Shown here: positions 1 through 11,198 of the stretch, in pieces
How the letters are laid out: each line of letters opens with the position of its first letter
How positions within the stretch are numbered: the first letter of the stretch is position 1
DNA from: Candidatus Latescibacterota bacterium
GTDB taxonomy: Bacteria; Latescibacterota; UBA2968; UBA8231
Assembly (NCBI GenBank): GCA_965243025.1
Contig: CBDETY010000003.1
Span: 1,632,001-1,696,000 of the forward strand
Direction of reading: 5' to 3'
Length of the DNA: 64,000 nt
The notes under the pieces: model-generated
What the model saw: only the letters and a program-made list of their open reading frames with translations
What the model was told of the DNA's origin: nothing
The model's database searches: none
Position numbers and translations under genes: made by a program

Positions 1-6
1 CGCTAC

Positions 7-669
7 ATGCCGGAGTGCCGTTACCTGCGCAATACCGTCGCTTCTGGAGAGGTCGGAAGTGTGGTCGCGTGCAAAACGTGGGGATGTCATTTCTCCCCAC
101 CGGTCTGGGGTCCCCACTACCGTCGCCGGCTTGCCGGCGGCGGGGTGCTCGCTTCAACTCTTGTGCACGCTCTGGACCTTTCCATGTGGGTGGGCGGGAA
201 TCCCAATCCGGTAGCCGTGAGCGCTTTCAGCGGCCGTCAATTCCCGGGAAAGCGGGGTGCCCAGGTCGGGGAGGACATCAGGCTAAGCTACGACACCGAA
301 GACCTTCTCTTTGCACTGGTTCGCTTCGACACAGGTGCCGTCTACACGCTCGAAGGAAACTGGTGCGACGAACGCAAGGACAGCCATGGCTTTGAGCTGA
401 TTACGGAAAAAGCCACTCTGCGCAACACACCCTTGCAGGTGCTGGTGGACGAAATGGGGACCATCGCAGACCGCACCCCGAGCGGGGAGGAGTTCGAAAA
501 ACGGAACGACTGGCTGGGCAGTGTCAGGAAGCAGGACGAAGAGGTCATCTCAGGACTGAGCCAGGGAAAGCGGTGGACAATGCAGGATGCAAACCAGCTC
601 CTGACACTCCAAAAAGTGATTGACGGGTGTTACGAATCGGCCAGGCTTGGCCGCGAAGTTCGGATCTGA
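7..669 (+). CDS. Gfo/Idh/MocA-family oxidoreductase, C-terminal part (5' end probably outside window)
   Basis: GGGVLASTLVHALDL resembles the GGG.l.d..vH.lD motif. It ends with the typical '..YESARLGREVRI'. No N-terminal Rossmann domain is in the window. Confidence 0.7.
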   Translation: MPECRYLRNTVASGEVGSVVACKTWGCHFSPPVWGPHYRRRLAGGGVLASTLVHALDLSMWVGGNPNPVAVSAFSGRQFPGKRGAQVGEDIRLSYDTEDLLFALVRFDTGAVYTLEGNWCDERKDSHGFELITEKATLRNTPLQVLVDEMGTIADRTPSGEEFEKRNDWLGSVRKQDEEVISGLSQGKRWTMQDANQLLTLQKVIDGCYESARLGREVRI

Positions 670-676
670 ATGGGAT

Positions 677-705
677 TTGACGGTGGCGAACATGGATCCT
701 AGTTT
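677..705 (+). promoter_or_regulatory. sigma70-type promoter for tRNA-Lys
   Basis: TTGACG-N17-TAGTTT, 50 bp upstream of the tRNA. Confidence 0.55.
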
Positions 706-754
706 TTTACGGTTCCTCTCCCGTTCTCCGCAGCAAAGCTTCTTCCCGAAGGCA

Positions 755-830
<76 letters not shown>

Positions 831-978
831 TCAATTCATTTCAAATTGCCGTTGCACAGTGTCAGCCGATTTTCGGACACCGGCTTGCCCGCATCCGGCC
901 ATTTTGAAGATTTGCCGGTGAATTGGGCGTACGGGTCCTGCCGTTCACAGCGATGTTCCACGACTTGAAGGAGATTGA

Positions 979-1722
979 GTGATGGAGGCCCTCGGGATCG
1001 ATATCGGCGGCACGGGAGTAAAGGGAGCCGTCGTAGATACGACTACGGGAAAACTCGTTCGCGATCGCTTTCGCCTGCTCACCCCGCAACCGGCGACCCC
1101 GGAAGCCCTTTGCAGGACCGTCTCCGAGGTGGTGTCCCACTTTGAGTGGTCTGGGCCGGCGGGGTGCGGGTTTCCGGGGATAATTCGAGGGGGCCTTGTT
1201 CGTAGCGCCGCCCATGTCTCCAGAAAATGGCTGGGCAGGAACGTCAAAATGAACTTCGACCAGGCAACCGGGTGTTCATTCCGAGTGCTCAACGATGCGG
1301 ATGTCGCCGGCCTTGCCGAAGCTCGATTCGGAGCGGGGAAGGATCAGGGGGGGGTAATTCTGCTCCTCACCCTGGGAACCGGGATAGGATCCGCCCTGTT
1401 CATCGACGGCACCCTGGTTCCGAACACCGAGTTCGGGCATGTGGAGCTGAAGGGGCACGACGCTGAATACTGGGCAGCTGAAAGCGTGCGCAAAAAGAGG
1501 AAGCTCAGCTGGAGGAAATGGGCTCGTCAGGTCAATCTCTATCTGCAGGCGATGGAGTTCTACCTCTCTCCCGATCTGATAATCATCGGGGGTGGGGCCA
1601 GCAGAAAGCACGAAAAGTTCATTCCGCAGCTGAAGCTCGACACTCCCGTCATCCCCGCTCAGCTTCGCAATGAAGCCGGAATTGTAGGTGCGGCAGTCGC
1701 CGGTGCGGAACAAACGGCGTAG
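979..1722 (+). CDS. ppgK: Polyphosphate glucokinase (ROK family)
   Basis: [64 protein letters not shown] motifs; RBS GAAGGAG. Confidence 0.88.
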   Translation: MMEALGIDIGGTGVKGAVVDTTTGKLVRDRFRLLTPQPATPEALCRTVSEVVSHFEWSGPAGCGFPGIIRGGLVRSAAHVSRKWLGRNVKMNFDQATGCSFRVLNDADVAGLAEARFGAGKDQGGVILLLTLGTGIGSALFIDGTLVPNTEFGHVELKGHDAEYWAAESVRKKRKLSWRKWARQVNLYLQAMEFYLSPDLIIIGGGASRKHEKFIPQLKLDTPVIPAQLRNEAGIVGAAVAGAEQTA

Positions 1723-1935
1723 CGGCGGGGGCAACCCGAATCTACGGGCTTCCAATTTCCTGGAACGGCGCGATCCGACCCGCCCCGTCATGGCATTTGC
1801 GATTCGGAGTTTCAAAGGCTGGGAAAAACTCCCAATAAATTGAGTTACCTCCGATATTCCACTATTTTTGAAAGAATCTGTTTTTCTGCACATCGGCAGA
1901 TCAGGCCTGGCCCTTTTTCAGGATACCCACAGGAA

Positions 1936-2325
1936 ATGATTCGCGGCGACAAGGAATTGATTGTTGTGGGCGATCGCGTGCTTATCAAGCTCAACGAGCA
2001 CGAGGAGCGGACCGAGGTTGGACTGTACCTCCCCCCGACCGCTCTTGAAAAGGAGAATGTCCAGTCCGGCAAGGTTGAAGAGGTGGGGCCGGGGATTCCG
2101 TTGCCGCCCAGGACGGAAGACGACGACGCCATGCCCTGGGCCGCGGAAAATATCGAGCAAATGCGCTTTATCCCCCTGCAAGCCCAGAAAGGGGATCACG
2201 CGATTTTCGCCCGCAAGGAGGCGGTCGAAATCAAATTCGACGGGGAGAAGTACGTCGTTGTACCGCACGCGGCGATTCTGGCGCTCGTGCGGTCTACCGG
2301 TCTCCTCGATGACGACGTCATCTAA
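1936..2325 (+). CDS. groES: Co-chaperonin GroES-family protein (stand-alone, with internal insertion)
   Basis: GDRVLIK, GLYLPP..EKE...G.V..VGPG and GD...F..K..E.K.DGEKY.V motifs. Start re-called to ATG 1936 after AGGAA. Confidence 0.85.
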   Translation: MIRGDKELIVVGDRVLIKLNEHEERTEVGLYLPPTALEKENVQSGKVEEVGPGIPLPPRTEDDDAMPWAAENIEQMRFIPLQAQKGDHAIFARKEAVEIKFDGEKYVVVPHAAILALVRSTGLLDDDVI

Positions 2326-2369
2326 CGTATAATCAGGGCCGCAACTTCTTTCGTTTTTTACCAGCAATG

Positions 2370-2406
2370 AAAAAGCCCCGCCACCTTGTCGGTGACGGGG
2401 CTTTTC
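2370..2406. terminator. Bidirectional rho-independent terminator
   Basis: AAAAAGCCCCGCCACC-TTGTC-GGTGACGGGGCTTTT between convergent groES and coxD. Confidence 0.85.
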
Positions 2407-2419
2407 TGGTTACTCCGGA

Positions 2420-2746
2420 TTATTCGGCCCCAATATCGAGGAACTCGACCGGGGCCGGCGTTTCCCAATCCCGCGAGACGTAATCCTGCATCGTCAGGGC
2501 AAGAAGGATCAGCAGCCAGAAAAAACCGGCGCCGGCAAACACCCACATCAGGGGGGTGTTGTAGCGAACGTGCATGAAGAACAGGACAACGATGGAGGCC
2601 TTGAATATGGCGATTGCCAGAGCAAGGGGGGTATTGAGAGGGCCGAGCTCGACGAAGGCCGCCAGAACCGTGATTACGGTGAACACGAACAGCAGGCTCA
2701 GCACCAGGATATAGACCCTTACAGGGACTACATGACTTGAATCCAT
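2420..2746 (-). CDS. coxD: Cytochrome c oxidase subunit IV (caa3-type)
   Basis: C-terminal 108 aa of the listed ORF (MDSSHVV...): three hydrophobic segments and the IA..KA..V.LFFMHV motif. Confidence 0.88.
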   Translation of the reverse strand: MDSSHVVPVRVYILVLSLLFVFTVITVLAAFVELGPLNTPLALAIAIFKASIVVLFFMHVRYNTPLMWVFAGAGFFWLLILLALTMQDYVSRDWETPAPVEFLDIGAE

Positions 2747-3396
2747 GGGTCCCGTCCGATGAGGTAGAGCAGGGGGAAAAGGAAAATCCAGACGATATCT
2801 ACGAAGTGCCAGTAGAGCCCGAAGTTTTCGATAGGGAAGAAGTAATCCTTGGTGTATCTGCCCTTCAGGATATTGGGGATCAACCAGAGCATGATTCCAA
2901 CACCGATGACCATGTGCAGGGCGTGCATGCCGGTCATCGCGAAATAAAAGGAGAAGAAGATCTTCAAGTTTCCGGCCAAAGGCCCGTCGTATTGAAAGTT
3001 CAAGCCGGGAATCAGGTGATGGTGAAACTTGTCCGAGTACTCGATCACCTTGACTCCCAGAAACGTCAGGCCCAGCACCATGGTTCCGAGCAGCCACCCC
3101 AACATGCCGCGGCTGCTCCCCTGTTGCGCGGCCCGCACACACATCGCTACCGTGAAGCTGCTGCCAATCAGAACCGCCGTGTTGAAGGCTCCCCAACCGA
3201 TGGGAAGGTGGTTGCTCCCCTCGATGAAGGCCGGCAGGTACTCGTAGCGGTATACTGCATAGGCCCCGAAAAGCCCGCCAAAAAACATGATCTCCTGAGC
3301 AATGAACGCCCACATCCCCATGTTGGAGGCGGCGTACTGCTGCTGCAGGTCGTCGAACTGGTGATTCAGTCCGGCGGGGTGAGCGTGAGTGGTCAT
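2728..3396 (-). CDS. coxC: Cytochrome c oxidase subunit III
   Basis: [57 protein letters not shown] 3396 overlaps the coxA stop. Confidence 0.93.
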   Translation of the reverse strand: MTTHAHPAGLNHQFDDLQQQYAASNMGMWAFIAQEIMFFGGLFGAYAVYRYEYLPAFIEGSNHLPIGWGAFNTAVLIGSSFTVAMCVRAAQQGSSRGMLGWLLGTMVLGLTFLGVKVIEYSDKFHHHLIPGLNFQYDGPLAGNLKIFFSFYFAMTGMHALHMVIGVGIMLWLIPNILKGRYTKDYFFPIENFGLYWHFVDIVWIFLFPLLYLIGRDPWIQVM

Positions 3397-5069
3397 GGCT
3401 GCGCGGTTTCCCTGGGCACGCCAACCTGCCCCGGTTCTGCGAGGGTCACGTCTTCTTCTTCGTAAGCGTATGCCTCGGAAGTAACTACTGGAGTCTTCTC
3501 GAAGTTGTGGGCCGGGGGAGGGGAGGCAAGCAGCTCCCACTCCAGCCCCTTTGCCTTCCACGGATTTGCGCCTGCGCGCCGGCCTCTGAATAGCGACCAG
3601 ATGAGGGCAATCATCATTATCCCGTACCCGACTGCCAGAACAGAAGCTCCGGCAGTGGACATTACGTGCAGGATCTGCCACTCCTCGGGATAGACGTGGT
3701 AGCGTCGAGGCATGCCCAGGTAACCGAGTACGAACTGGGGGAAGAAGGTGAAGTTGAACCCGGCGAAAATCAGCACGGCGCCGGTTTTTCCCCATCCTTC
3801 GGAGTACATTCGGCCTGTGATCTTGGGCCACCAGAAGTGCAGGCCGCTCATGAAGGCCATCACCATGCCGCCGACCATCACGTAATGAAAATGGGCGACG
3901 ATGAAATAGGTGTCGTGCAGGTGAATGTCGGTACCCAGGGTAGAAAGGAAGAGTCCCGTCAGGCCGCCGATCAGAAACAGGCCGATGAAGCCGAGGGCAT
4001 ACAGCATCGGCGACTCCAGGGATACCGAGCCGCGATACATCGTCGCCGTCCAGTTGAAGATCTTCACGGCCGTGGGAACGGCGATCAGGAAGGTTATGAA
4101 CGAGAACACCATTCCCGCGTACAGCGACTGGCCGGTGGTGAACATGTGGTGTCCCCAGACCAGGAACCCCAGCACGGCGATCGCCAGACTCGAGAAGGCA
4201 ACGAAGGAGTATCCGAAAACGCGCTTGCGGCAGAAGCAGGCGATGACATCGCTGATCACCCCGAACCCGGGGACGATCATGATGTAAACGGCCGGATGCG
4301 AGTAGAACCAGAACATGTGCTGGAACAGCACCGGATCACCGCCGAGAGCAGGGTCGAAGATGCCGATCCCGAAACCCCGCTCCAGGGCGAGAAGCAAGAG
4401 GGTGATCGCCACCACCGGGGTTCCCAGGACCATGATCAGGCTGGTTGCGTACTGCGCCCAGATGAACAGCGGCAGGCGGAACCACGTCATTCCTGGCGCG
4501 CGCATCTTGTGAACGGTGGTGAGAAAGTTGACCCCCGTCAGGATCGACGAGAAACCGTTGATGAACACGCCGACCAATGCGAGAATCACGAAGGAGTTGG
4601 AGTAGGTGCTGCTGTAGGGGGTGTAGAAAGTCCAGCCCGTGTCTACTCCTCCCATGATGATCGCCAGGGTCGCAAAACTGCCTCCGGCGACGTAGCAGTA
4701 CCAGCTCGTGAGATTGATCTTGGGAAAGGCGACGTCCCGGGCGCCGATCTGCAAAGGGATGCAGAAGTTGCCGAGAACCGCCGGCACGGAGGGAATGAGA
4801 AAGAAGAAGATCATGGCCACGCCGTGCATCGTGAACAGCTTGTTGAATGTCTCCGCCTCGACCAGGTCCCCTTCCGGGGTCAACAGCTCGAGCCTGATCA
4901 GGGAGGCAAACAGGCCGCCGATCAGGAAGAACAGGGTGAGCACGACGAGGTAGAGAATCCCGACCCGCTTGTGATCCATCGTCAGCAGCCAGGATTTGAT
5001 GCCGTAAGTGGCGTTCAGGTAGTTCGACGGCCTTCCGTTTCCCACTGTCTCAGCCACGGTGGTAGTCAT
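3393..5069 (-). CDS. coxA: Cytochrome c oxidase subunit I (A2-type heme-copper oxidase)
   Basis: [20 protein letters not shown] (YS-type helix VI = A2), [25 protein letters not shown]. Confidence 0.97.
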   Translation of the reverse strand: MTTTVAETVGNGRPSNYLNATYGIKSWLLTMDHKRVGILYLVVLTLFFLIGGLFASLIRLELLTPEGDLVEAETFNKLFTMHGVAMIFFFLIPSVPAVLGNFCIPLQIGARDVAFPKINLTSWYCYVAGGSFATLAIIMGGVDTGWTFYTPYSSTYSNSFVILALVGVFINGFSSILTGVNFLTTVHKMRAPGMTWFRLPLFIWAQYATSLIMVLGTPVVAITLLLLALERGFGIGIFDPALGGDPVLFQHMFWFYSHPAVYIMIVPGFGVISDVIACFCRKRVFGYSFVAFSSLAIAVLGFLVWGHHMFTTGQSLYAGMVFSFITFLIAVPTAVKIFNWTATMYRGSVSLESPMLYALGFIGLFLIGGLTGLFLSTLGTDIHLHDTYFIVAHFHYVMVGGMVMAFMSGLHFWWPKITGRMYSEGWGKTGAVLIFAGFNFTFFPQFVLGYLGMPRRYHVYPEEWQILHVMSTAGASVLAVGYGIMMIALIWSLFRGRRAGANPWKAKGLEWELLASPPPAHNFEKTPVVTSEAYAYEEEDVTLAEPGQVGVPRETAQP

Positions 5070-5107
5070 GGCGACACCGCCTCGGTTGTACGCGATCGCT
5101 GCATAAC

Positions 5108-6043
5108 CTATTCGCTCTCGCTGAGAGATTTGATGTAGGTGATGATCTGGAGCAGGGTTTCTTCGCTTATCTGTCCCTGGAAGGTCGGCATGATCGGTTT
5201 GTATCCCTGTACTATCTTCGTCTGAGGGTTAAGCACCGATTCGCGAATATAGGCCTCGTCGGCGACCACTGTCTCTCCCGACTCGAGCTGCACGGGCTTG
5301 CCGAAGACGCCGACCAAGGTTGGCCCCCGCCCGATCGATTCCGCCTTGTGACAGGTGTGGCACCCAAGCTGCTGGAACTGGCGTTCTCCCGCTTCGGCCA
5401 TAGTTTCGCCACCGACGCCGCCGCTCAACCAGTTCTGGTAGTCGTCCGGTTCCATCACCACGACCTTCCCGATCATGGTCGAGTGTTGTGTTCCGCAGTA
5501 CTCGGCGCAGAAGAGGTGGTACTCACCCAGTTTCGTCGCCTCGAACCACATGGTCGTGTAGCGGCCCGGTACGACATCCCGCTTTGTCCGGAAAGCAGGG
5601 ACGGAAAAGGCATGGATGACATCTTCGGATGCCAGTGTCATGCGCACGGGAACCCCGATCGGGACATGAAGCTCGTTTATCTCCCGCTTTCCCTGGGGAT
5701 GCTGGATCTTCCACATCCACTGTTTGCCGATTGCGTAGACATCGATACCGTCGCTGGGCATGCGGTATAGCCGGAAATAGACGTCCGCCCCGAGGGTGAA
5801 CACCCCGACGGACAGGACAAGGGGAACGATGCTCCAGGCCAACTCCAGGGGAATCGAGCCATGGACCGGCTTCGGGCGCTCATCGTCCGAGCGGCGGCGG
5901 TACTTGATCGCAAACAGGACGATTGCGCCGGATACGCCTGCCGTAAACAGCACCGACAAGGCCACCATCAGGAAATACAGAGCGTCCACCTGCCACGCGA
6001 AGGTGGAGGCGAGTTCAGGGTGCAGTTGGAGATCTTTCGACAT
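5108..6043 (-). CDS. coxB: Cytochrome c oxidase subunit II with fused C-terminal cytochrome c
   Basis: Two TM helices, KQWMW, CuA ligands DVIH...[12 protein letters not shown], heme c motif CHTCH and distal MPTF. Confidence 0.96.
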   Translation of the reverse strand: MSKDLQLHPELASTFAWQVDALYFLMVALSVLFTAGVSGAIVLFAIKYRRRSDDERPKPVHGSIPLELAWSIVPLVLSVGVFTLGADVYFRLYRMPSDGIDVYAIGKQWMWKIQHPQGKREINELHVPIGVPVRMTLASEDVIHAFSVPAFRTKRDVVPGRYTTMWFEATKLGEYHLFCAEYCGTQHSTMIGKVVVMEPDDYQNWLSGGVGGETMAEAGERQFQQLGCHTCHKAESIGRGPTLVGVFGKPVQLESGETVVADEAYIRESVLNPQTKIVQGYKPIMPTFQGQISEETLLQIITYIKSLSESE

Positions 6044-6057
6044 GCGAATTCGCGGCT

Positions 6058-6921
6058 TCAGTTGGTATTCGCCAGCGGCGTAACCCCATTCCCTTCCAGC
6101 TGCTTGGATTGTCGACGCTCCCTCCGCAGCATGGCACCGACGAATACCGCCAGTCCGAGAACCGTGGCGAACCCTGCAACGCGCAGGGAGTTGAGAACTG
6201 CGAGGGTGTACTTGCCAGTGGCCGGATCGTACTGAAAGCAGAGCAGCAGCAACTGATCCACCGGATTCCCGATGCGATTTTCCGAAGCCTCGATAAGTCC
6301 GAGCCGGAGATCCTTTGGTGCGTACTCGACCCCGTAGAAGTACCGGGAGAGCTCGCCATGTGGAGTGAGGAGCATGATGCCGCTTGCGTGTGTATACAGA
6401 TCCGTCTCTTCGTCATACTGGTAACGGAATCCGACCGACTCGGCCAGTTGTTCGATCTGATCGTTTGACCCGGTCAGGAAATGCCACCCTTTTGAGCCCG
6501 ATTCCCGGCGGTATTTTCCTGTGTATTCCCGTTTCTTGGCCGCCGCCAGAGACGCGCTTTCTCCGGGGTCGATACTGACAGTGACGATGTCAAACTCATC
6601 TCCGACACTGAAGGCCAACACCTTCAGACTGCGCAGCAGCCCGTTGAGCACCTGGGTGCAAAGCATCGGGCATTCGTAGTATACCAGCGCCAGAATCACC
6701 GGTTTTTCGCCAAAGTAGCCGCCTAGGGGAACGGTCCGGCCAGCTTCGTCGACAAACGACAGGTCGAGGGGCAGGGTTTCTCCCAGCCGCTGCTCGATAC
6801 CGATTTCGTCCCCGACCTCGCTCTCCAGCCTCTGGGCTTCAGCCGGAAACGAGGCCAAGGCGGCGGCGCAGAACCACGCCATGCCGATCCTTGCCGGCAA
6901 TCGCGACACCGAAGAAGTCAC
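6058..6921 (-). CDS. SCO1/SenC family copper chaperone
   Basis: YYECPMLC CxxxC motif, WHFLTG, H-containing YTHASG, C-terminal TM helix. Start re-called to GTG 6921 after GGGGA. Confidence 0.9.
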   Translation of the reverse strand: MTSSVSRLPARIGMAWFCAAALASFPAEAQRLESEVGDEIGIEQRLGETLPLDLSFVDEAGRTVPLGGYFGEKPVILALVYYECPMLCTQVLNGLLRSLKVLAFSVGDEFDIVTVSIDPGESASLAAAKKREYTGKYRRESGSKGWHFLTGSNDQIEQLAESVGFRYQYDEETDLYTHASGIMLLTPHGELSRYFYGVEYAPKDLRLGLIEASENRIGNPVDQLLLLCFQYDPATGKYTLAVLNSLRVAGFATVLGLAVFVGAMLRRERRQSKQLEGNGVTPLANTN

Positions 6922-6925
6922 TTGG

Positions 6926-7348
6926 CTAATTCCCCGTCTCGTCAGTTGCTGCAACGCTGCCGGTTTTTTCCGGTAGACCGCGCTCGCCGAGGATATCGAT
7001 GGCGCGGGCAATCGGGATCCGAACCATACCCTGGTCGCGGTCGACCCAGTCGTAGCTCGTCAGGAGGTGATCCTCGATCTCCCGCAGCGACCTTTTCTGT
7101 TTGGGCGGATCGATCTGAATCCTCGGTTCGGAGCTCACTGCCCGGTTCTGTGACAGTGGATGGGGTTCGGGATCCAATAGCGGCTGATAATAACTGAGAA
7201 CCTTGAAAAGGACGACGATTCCGATGAAGGTACCGGTGACGAGCACGGCCATCGCAATGCCGACGTTTACGAGCGGTTTCGGCGCCGCATCGGTGATTTC
7301 GTGGCCGGCGGCTTCTGAGGTGTGGTTCCCGGCCCCGTGCTCAGCCAT
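6926..7348 (-). CDS. Single-TM protein, ActG-like subunit of alternative complex III
   Basis: One TM helix, PRIQ and L.SYDWVD...G.VRIPI.RAID motifs; lies between actF and sco. Confidence 0.65.
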   Translation of the reverse strand: MAEHGAGNHTSEAAGHEITDAAPKPLVNVGIAMAVLVTGTFIGIVVLFKVLSYYQPLLDPEPHPLSQNRAVSSEPRIQIDPPKQKRSLREIEDHLLTSYDWVDRDQGMVRIPIARAIDILGERGLPEKTGSVAATDETGN

Positions 7349-8552
7349 GATGATCCTCTCTCCCCTCGGCGGCCAGTTCCTCGAAATCGAAACGAGGGTC
7401 GTTCAGCGGTACCAGAGATCGCTTTTTCAGCTGGCCGAAAAACACGAAAAACCACAACCCTCCAAAACCGACCGGAATGGCTATGTCCATCCAGCTGAGG
7501 GTGAGTTCAGGCTTGCCCAGAGCCGGGGCGGTGATCCAGAACAAATCGACCAGACGCATGACGATCAAGCCCATGGCAAGCGTACAGAGAACGGGAATCC
7601 TCGCCTTGATCCGGCTCGAAACGAGAAGCACGAACGGCAGTGCGAAATGAAGGAGTACGAGTGCGTACCCGACATTCTCCCACCCCCCCTTGAGCCGGGT
7701 GTAGTACCAGGTGATTTCCTCCGGAAGATTCCCGGCCCAGATGATGAGCAGCTGCGAGAACGAGGTGTAGGCCCACAACATCACGAAGCCCAGCATCAGG
7801 GTCCCCAGATCTCTGAGGCGCTCATTCGTCAAAAGCGCCTCGAGCGGGGCGCGTTTGGAGAGACTGACTGCGATGAGAATCATGAAAGCCCAGGTAAGCA
7901 GGGCCTGGCCGATGATGTAGATCGCCGCGTAGATGGTGGAGAACCAATGGGGCTCGAGCGACATGATCCAGTCGATGGCGGCAAATGTCGCCACCACGAC
8001 GAAGAGGACGACGCCCGGGCCGCTGAGAACCTGCATCCTCCGAGTCGGGAAGGTCTGGTCCGTGTTGTCCTGCATGGTCGACCAGCGATTCAGGAAGTAA
8101 GCCAGGCCTCCCCAGAACGCGAAGTAAAGGATCGTCCGGATGATGAAGAACGTCGGGTTCAGGAATTCCTTTTTCTTCTGAAGAACCGGGTCCTTGGCGA
8201 CAACCTCTTCGTGGGACCACTCGTACAGCTCGTGAATCCCAAAGGCGAGGGGAACGGCAAGCAGGAACATCAGGGGCAGGGTTCGCGTGCCCGCTTCGAG
8301 CAGACGCCTGATGGCGAACCCCCAACGGCCCCCGGCGAGGTGGTGGATCATCAGGACCAGGAGGCATCCGAGACTCAAGCTGACCCAGTAAATGAAGGCG
8401 AGGAGATAGGACTTGAAGAACTGCTCCTGATGGGTTGCGAAAGCCAGCACGGCCAGGGCAATCCCAATCACCCCAACCACGAGGGCACGCCTTCCGAACG
8501 AGTTGAGATCGGGACCTACAGCCTGGCTCTGACGGATCAGTTCTGCGTTCAT
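7341..8552 (-). CDS. actF: Alternative complex III subunit ActF (polytopic membrane protein)
   Basis: About 10 TM helices; IDWIMSLEPHWFSTIY, DLG.LMLGF..LWAY.SFSQ..IIW.GNLPEE..WY. Confidence 0.9.
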   Translation of the reverse strand: MNAELIRQSQAVGPDLNSFGRRALVVGVIGIALAVLAFATHQEQFFKSYLLAFIYWVSLSLGCLLVLMIHHLAGGRWGFAIRRLLEAGTRTLPLMFLLAVPLAFGIHELYEWSHEEVVAKDPVLQKKKEFLNPTFFIIRTILYFAFWGGLAYFLNRWSTMQDNTDQTFPTRRMQVLSGPGVVLFVVVATFAAIDWIMSLEPHWFSTIYAAIYIIGQALLTWAFMILIAVSLSKRAPLEALLTNERLRDLGTLMLGFVMLWAYTSFSQLLIIWAGNLPEEITWYYTRLKGGWENVGYALVLLHFALPFVLLVSSRIKARIPVLCTLAMGLIVMRLVDLFWITAPALGKPELTLSWMDIAIPVGFGGLWFFVFFGQLKKRSLVPLNDPRFDFEELAAEGREDHHG

Positions 8553-9205
8553 TGCAGCTGGGCTCTGTCCTCGGCGGGAAGACCGTCAAAATCGGCATTC
8601 TGGCTGAACTGCAGGGTGCGCACGTACGCCGCGATCGCCCAGCGATCTTCTACGGAGATGCGGGAAGCGTAGCTGTACATCGCGCCGAAGCCGTTGCTCA
8701 TGACATCGAAGAAGTGGCCTACCGGAACCTCCCGGAGCCGGTCCTCGTGGTAGGAAGGGGGCTGTTTGAGCCCCCGCTTTACGATCATGCCGTTTCCCGT
8801 TCCGGTACGGTCGTGACAAGGGGAACAGAAGATGTCGTAACGCTCTCTGCCCCGTTCCAGCAGGTCCCGCGAAACCTGGACCGGAACGGTGGTGGCCGGT
8901 TCTCCGTTGACGGTGCCTCGGAAATAGTGGTCGTCCAGCCGCAGGTGCCCGCGGGCAACCGTGCCTTCGACCGGCTGGCGGGAGGAAAGACCGTCCTCGA
9001 AAAAGGGAGATGCCTCCAGCGGTTCGTAACGGGGCTGGTCGTACATCGCCTGCCGCAGCTCGCAACCCGATGAAGCCAGCACCACTGCCGATACGGCGGC
9101 AACGACTCCGACGGAAGGACGGCTCCGCATCGATGGCCGGCGACGGCGGGAGGCAGAGTGCCCGCCCGGGAACCCACGTCCTTCAAGGATCGACATCGGA
9201 GACAT
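8549..9205 (-). CDS. actE: Alternative complex III subunit ActE (monoheme cytochrome c lipoprotein)
   Basis: Lipobox-like ASSGC, MYDQPRY, P.EGTVARG, CSPCH, NGFGAMYSY, DRWAIAAYVR; start uncertain. Confidence 0.9.
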   Translation of the reverse strand: MSPMSILEGRGFPGGHSASRRRRPSMRSRPSVGVVAAVSAVVLASSGCELRQAMYDQPRYEPLEASPFFEDGLSSRQPVEGTVARGHLRLDDHYFRGTVNGEPATTVPVQVSRDLLERGRERYDIFCSPCHDRTGTGNGMIVKRGLKQPPSYHEDRLREVPVGHFFDVMSNGFGAMYSYASRISVEDRWAIAAYVRTLQFSQNADFDGLPAEDRAQLQ

Positions 9206-9728
9206 TCACCGGATCGAGTGACTGAAGGAAGGCGCGCGTCTCGTCGGCGTCGAACAGCGGGTCCGCCGACTCGATGCACAGGAAGAACCGGTCCTGGCTG
9301 GCGCGGGCGAACTCGGGAACGTTGAAGACCGGGTGATAGGGCATGGGCAGCCGGTTCGCGATCCACAGGCCCACGAAAGTTCCTATGCCGGCGAACAGGA
9401 TCGTCAGCTCGAAAGTGACGGGAATGAAGGAGGGCCCGCTGTGCAGCGGGCGTCCCCCGATGTTGATGGGATAGTCGATGGCGTGAACCCAGTATTGCAG
9501 ACCGTACCCGGAAATCGCCCCGATGAGACCGCACACGAAGGTCAGAACGGGCAGGTTGGTCCGGTGGAATCCGATGGCCGCCGCCAAACCGTGAACCGGG
9601 ACGGGTGAAAACGCGTCGATGCGGCGGAAACCCGCCGAGTGCGTCTTGCGGGCTGCCGAGAGAAGATCCTCGGGGGTTTCGAATTCGGCCATCAGGCCGT
9701 AAGTCGTCGGTTCGGTCGGGTGATTCAT
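9183..9728 (-). CDS. actD: Alternative complex III subunit ActD (DUF3341)
   Basis: GLMAEF, DAFSP.PVHG, YPINIGGRP, FIPVTFELTILFA, DRFFLCIES. Confidence 0.92.
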   Translation of the reverse strand: MNHPTEPTTYGLMAEFETPEDLLSAARKTHSAGFRRIDAFSPVPVHGLAAAIGFHRTNLPVLTFVCGLIGAISGYGLQYWVHAIDYPINIGGRPLHSGPSFIPVTFELTILFAGIGTFVGLWIANRLPMPYHPVFNVPEFARASQDRFFLCIESADPLFDADETRAFLQSLDPVNVSDVDP

Positions 9729-9734
9729 CGATGC

Positions 9735-11120
<1,386 letters not shown>

Positions 11121-11198
11121 GAAGCACCTTTTTCCTGGTCACGTGCTTTTCAGATTCCAGGCAGAATAACGGGCACCTCCGGACTTCCGAATCCGCAG

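Noticed and set aside
858-882. IS3 IR-like string (..CCGATTTTCGGACACC) after tRNA-Lys
   Set aside because: Only 8 bp (CGGACACC) is shared with the 26534 end and there is no transposase remnant nearby.
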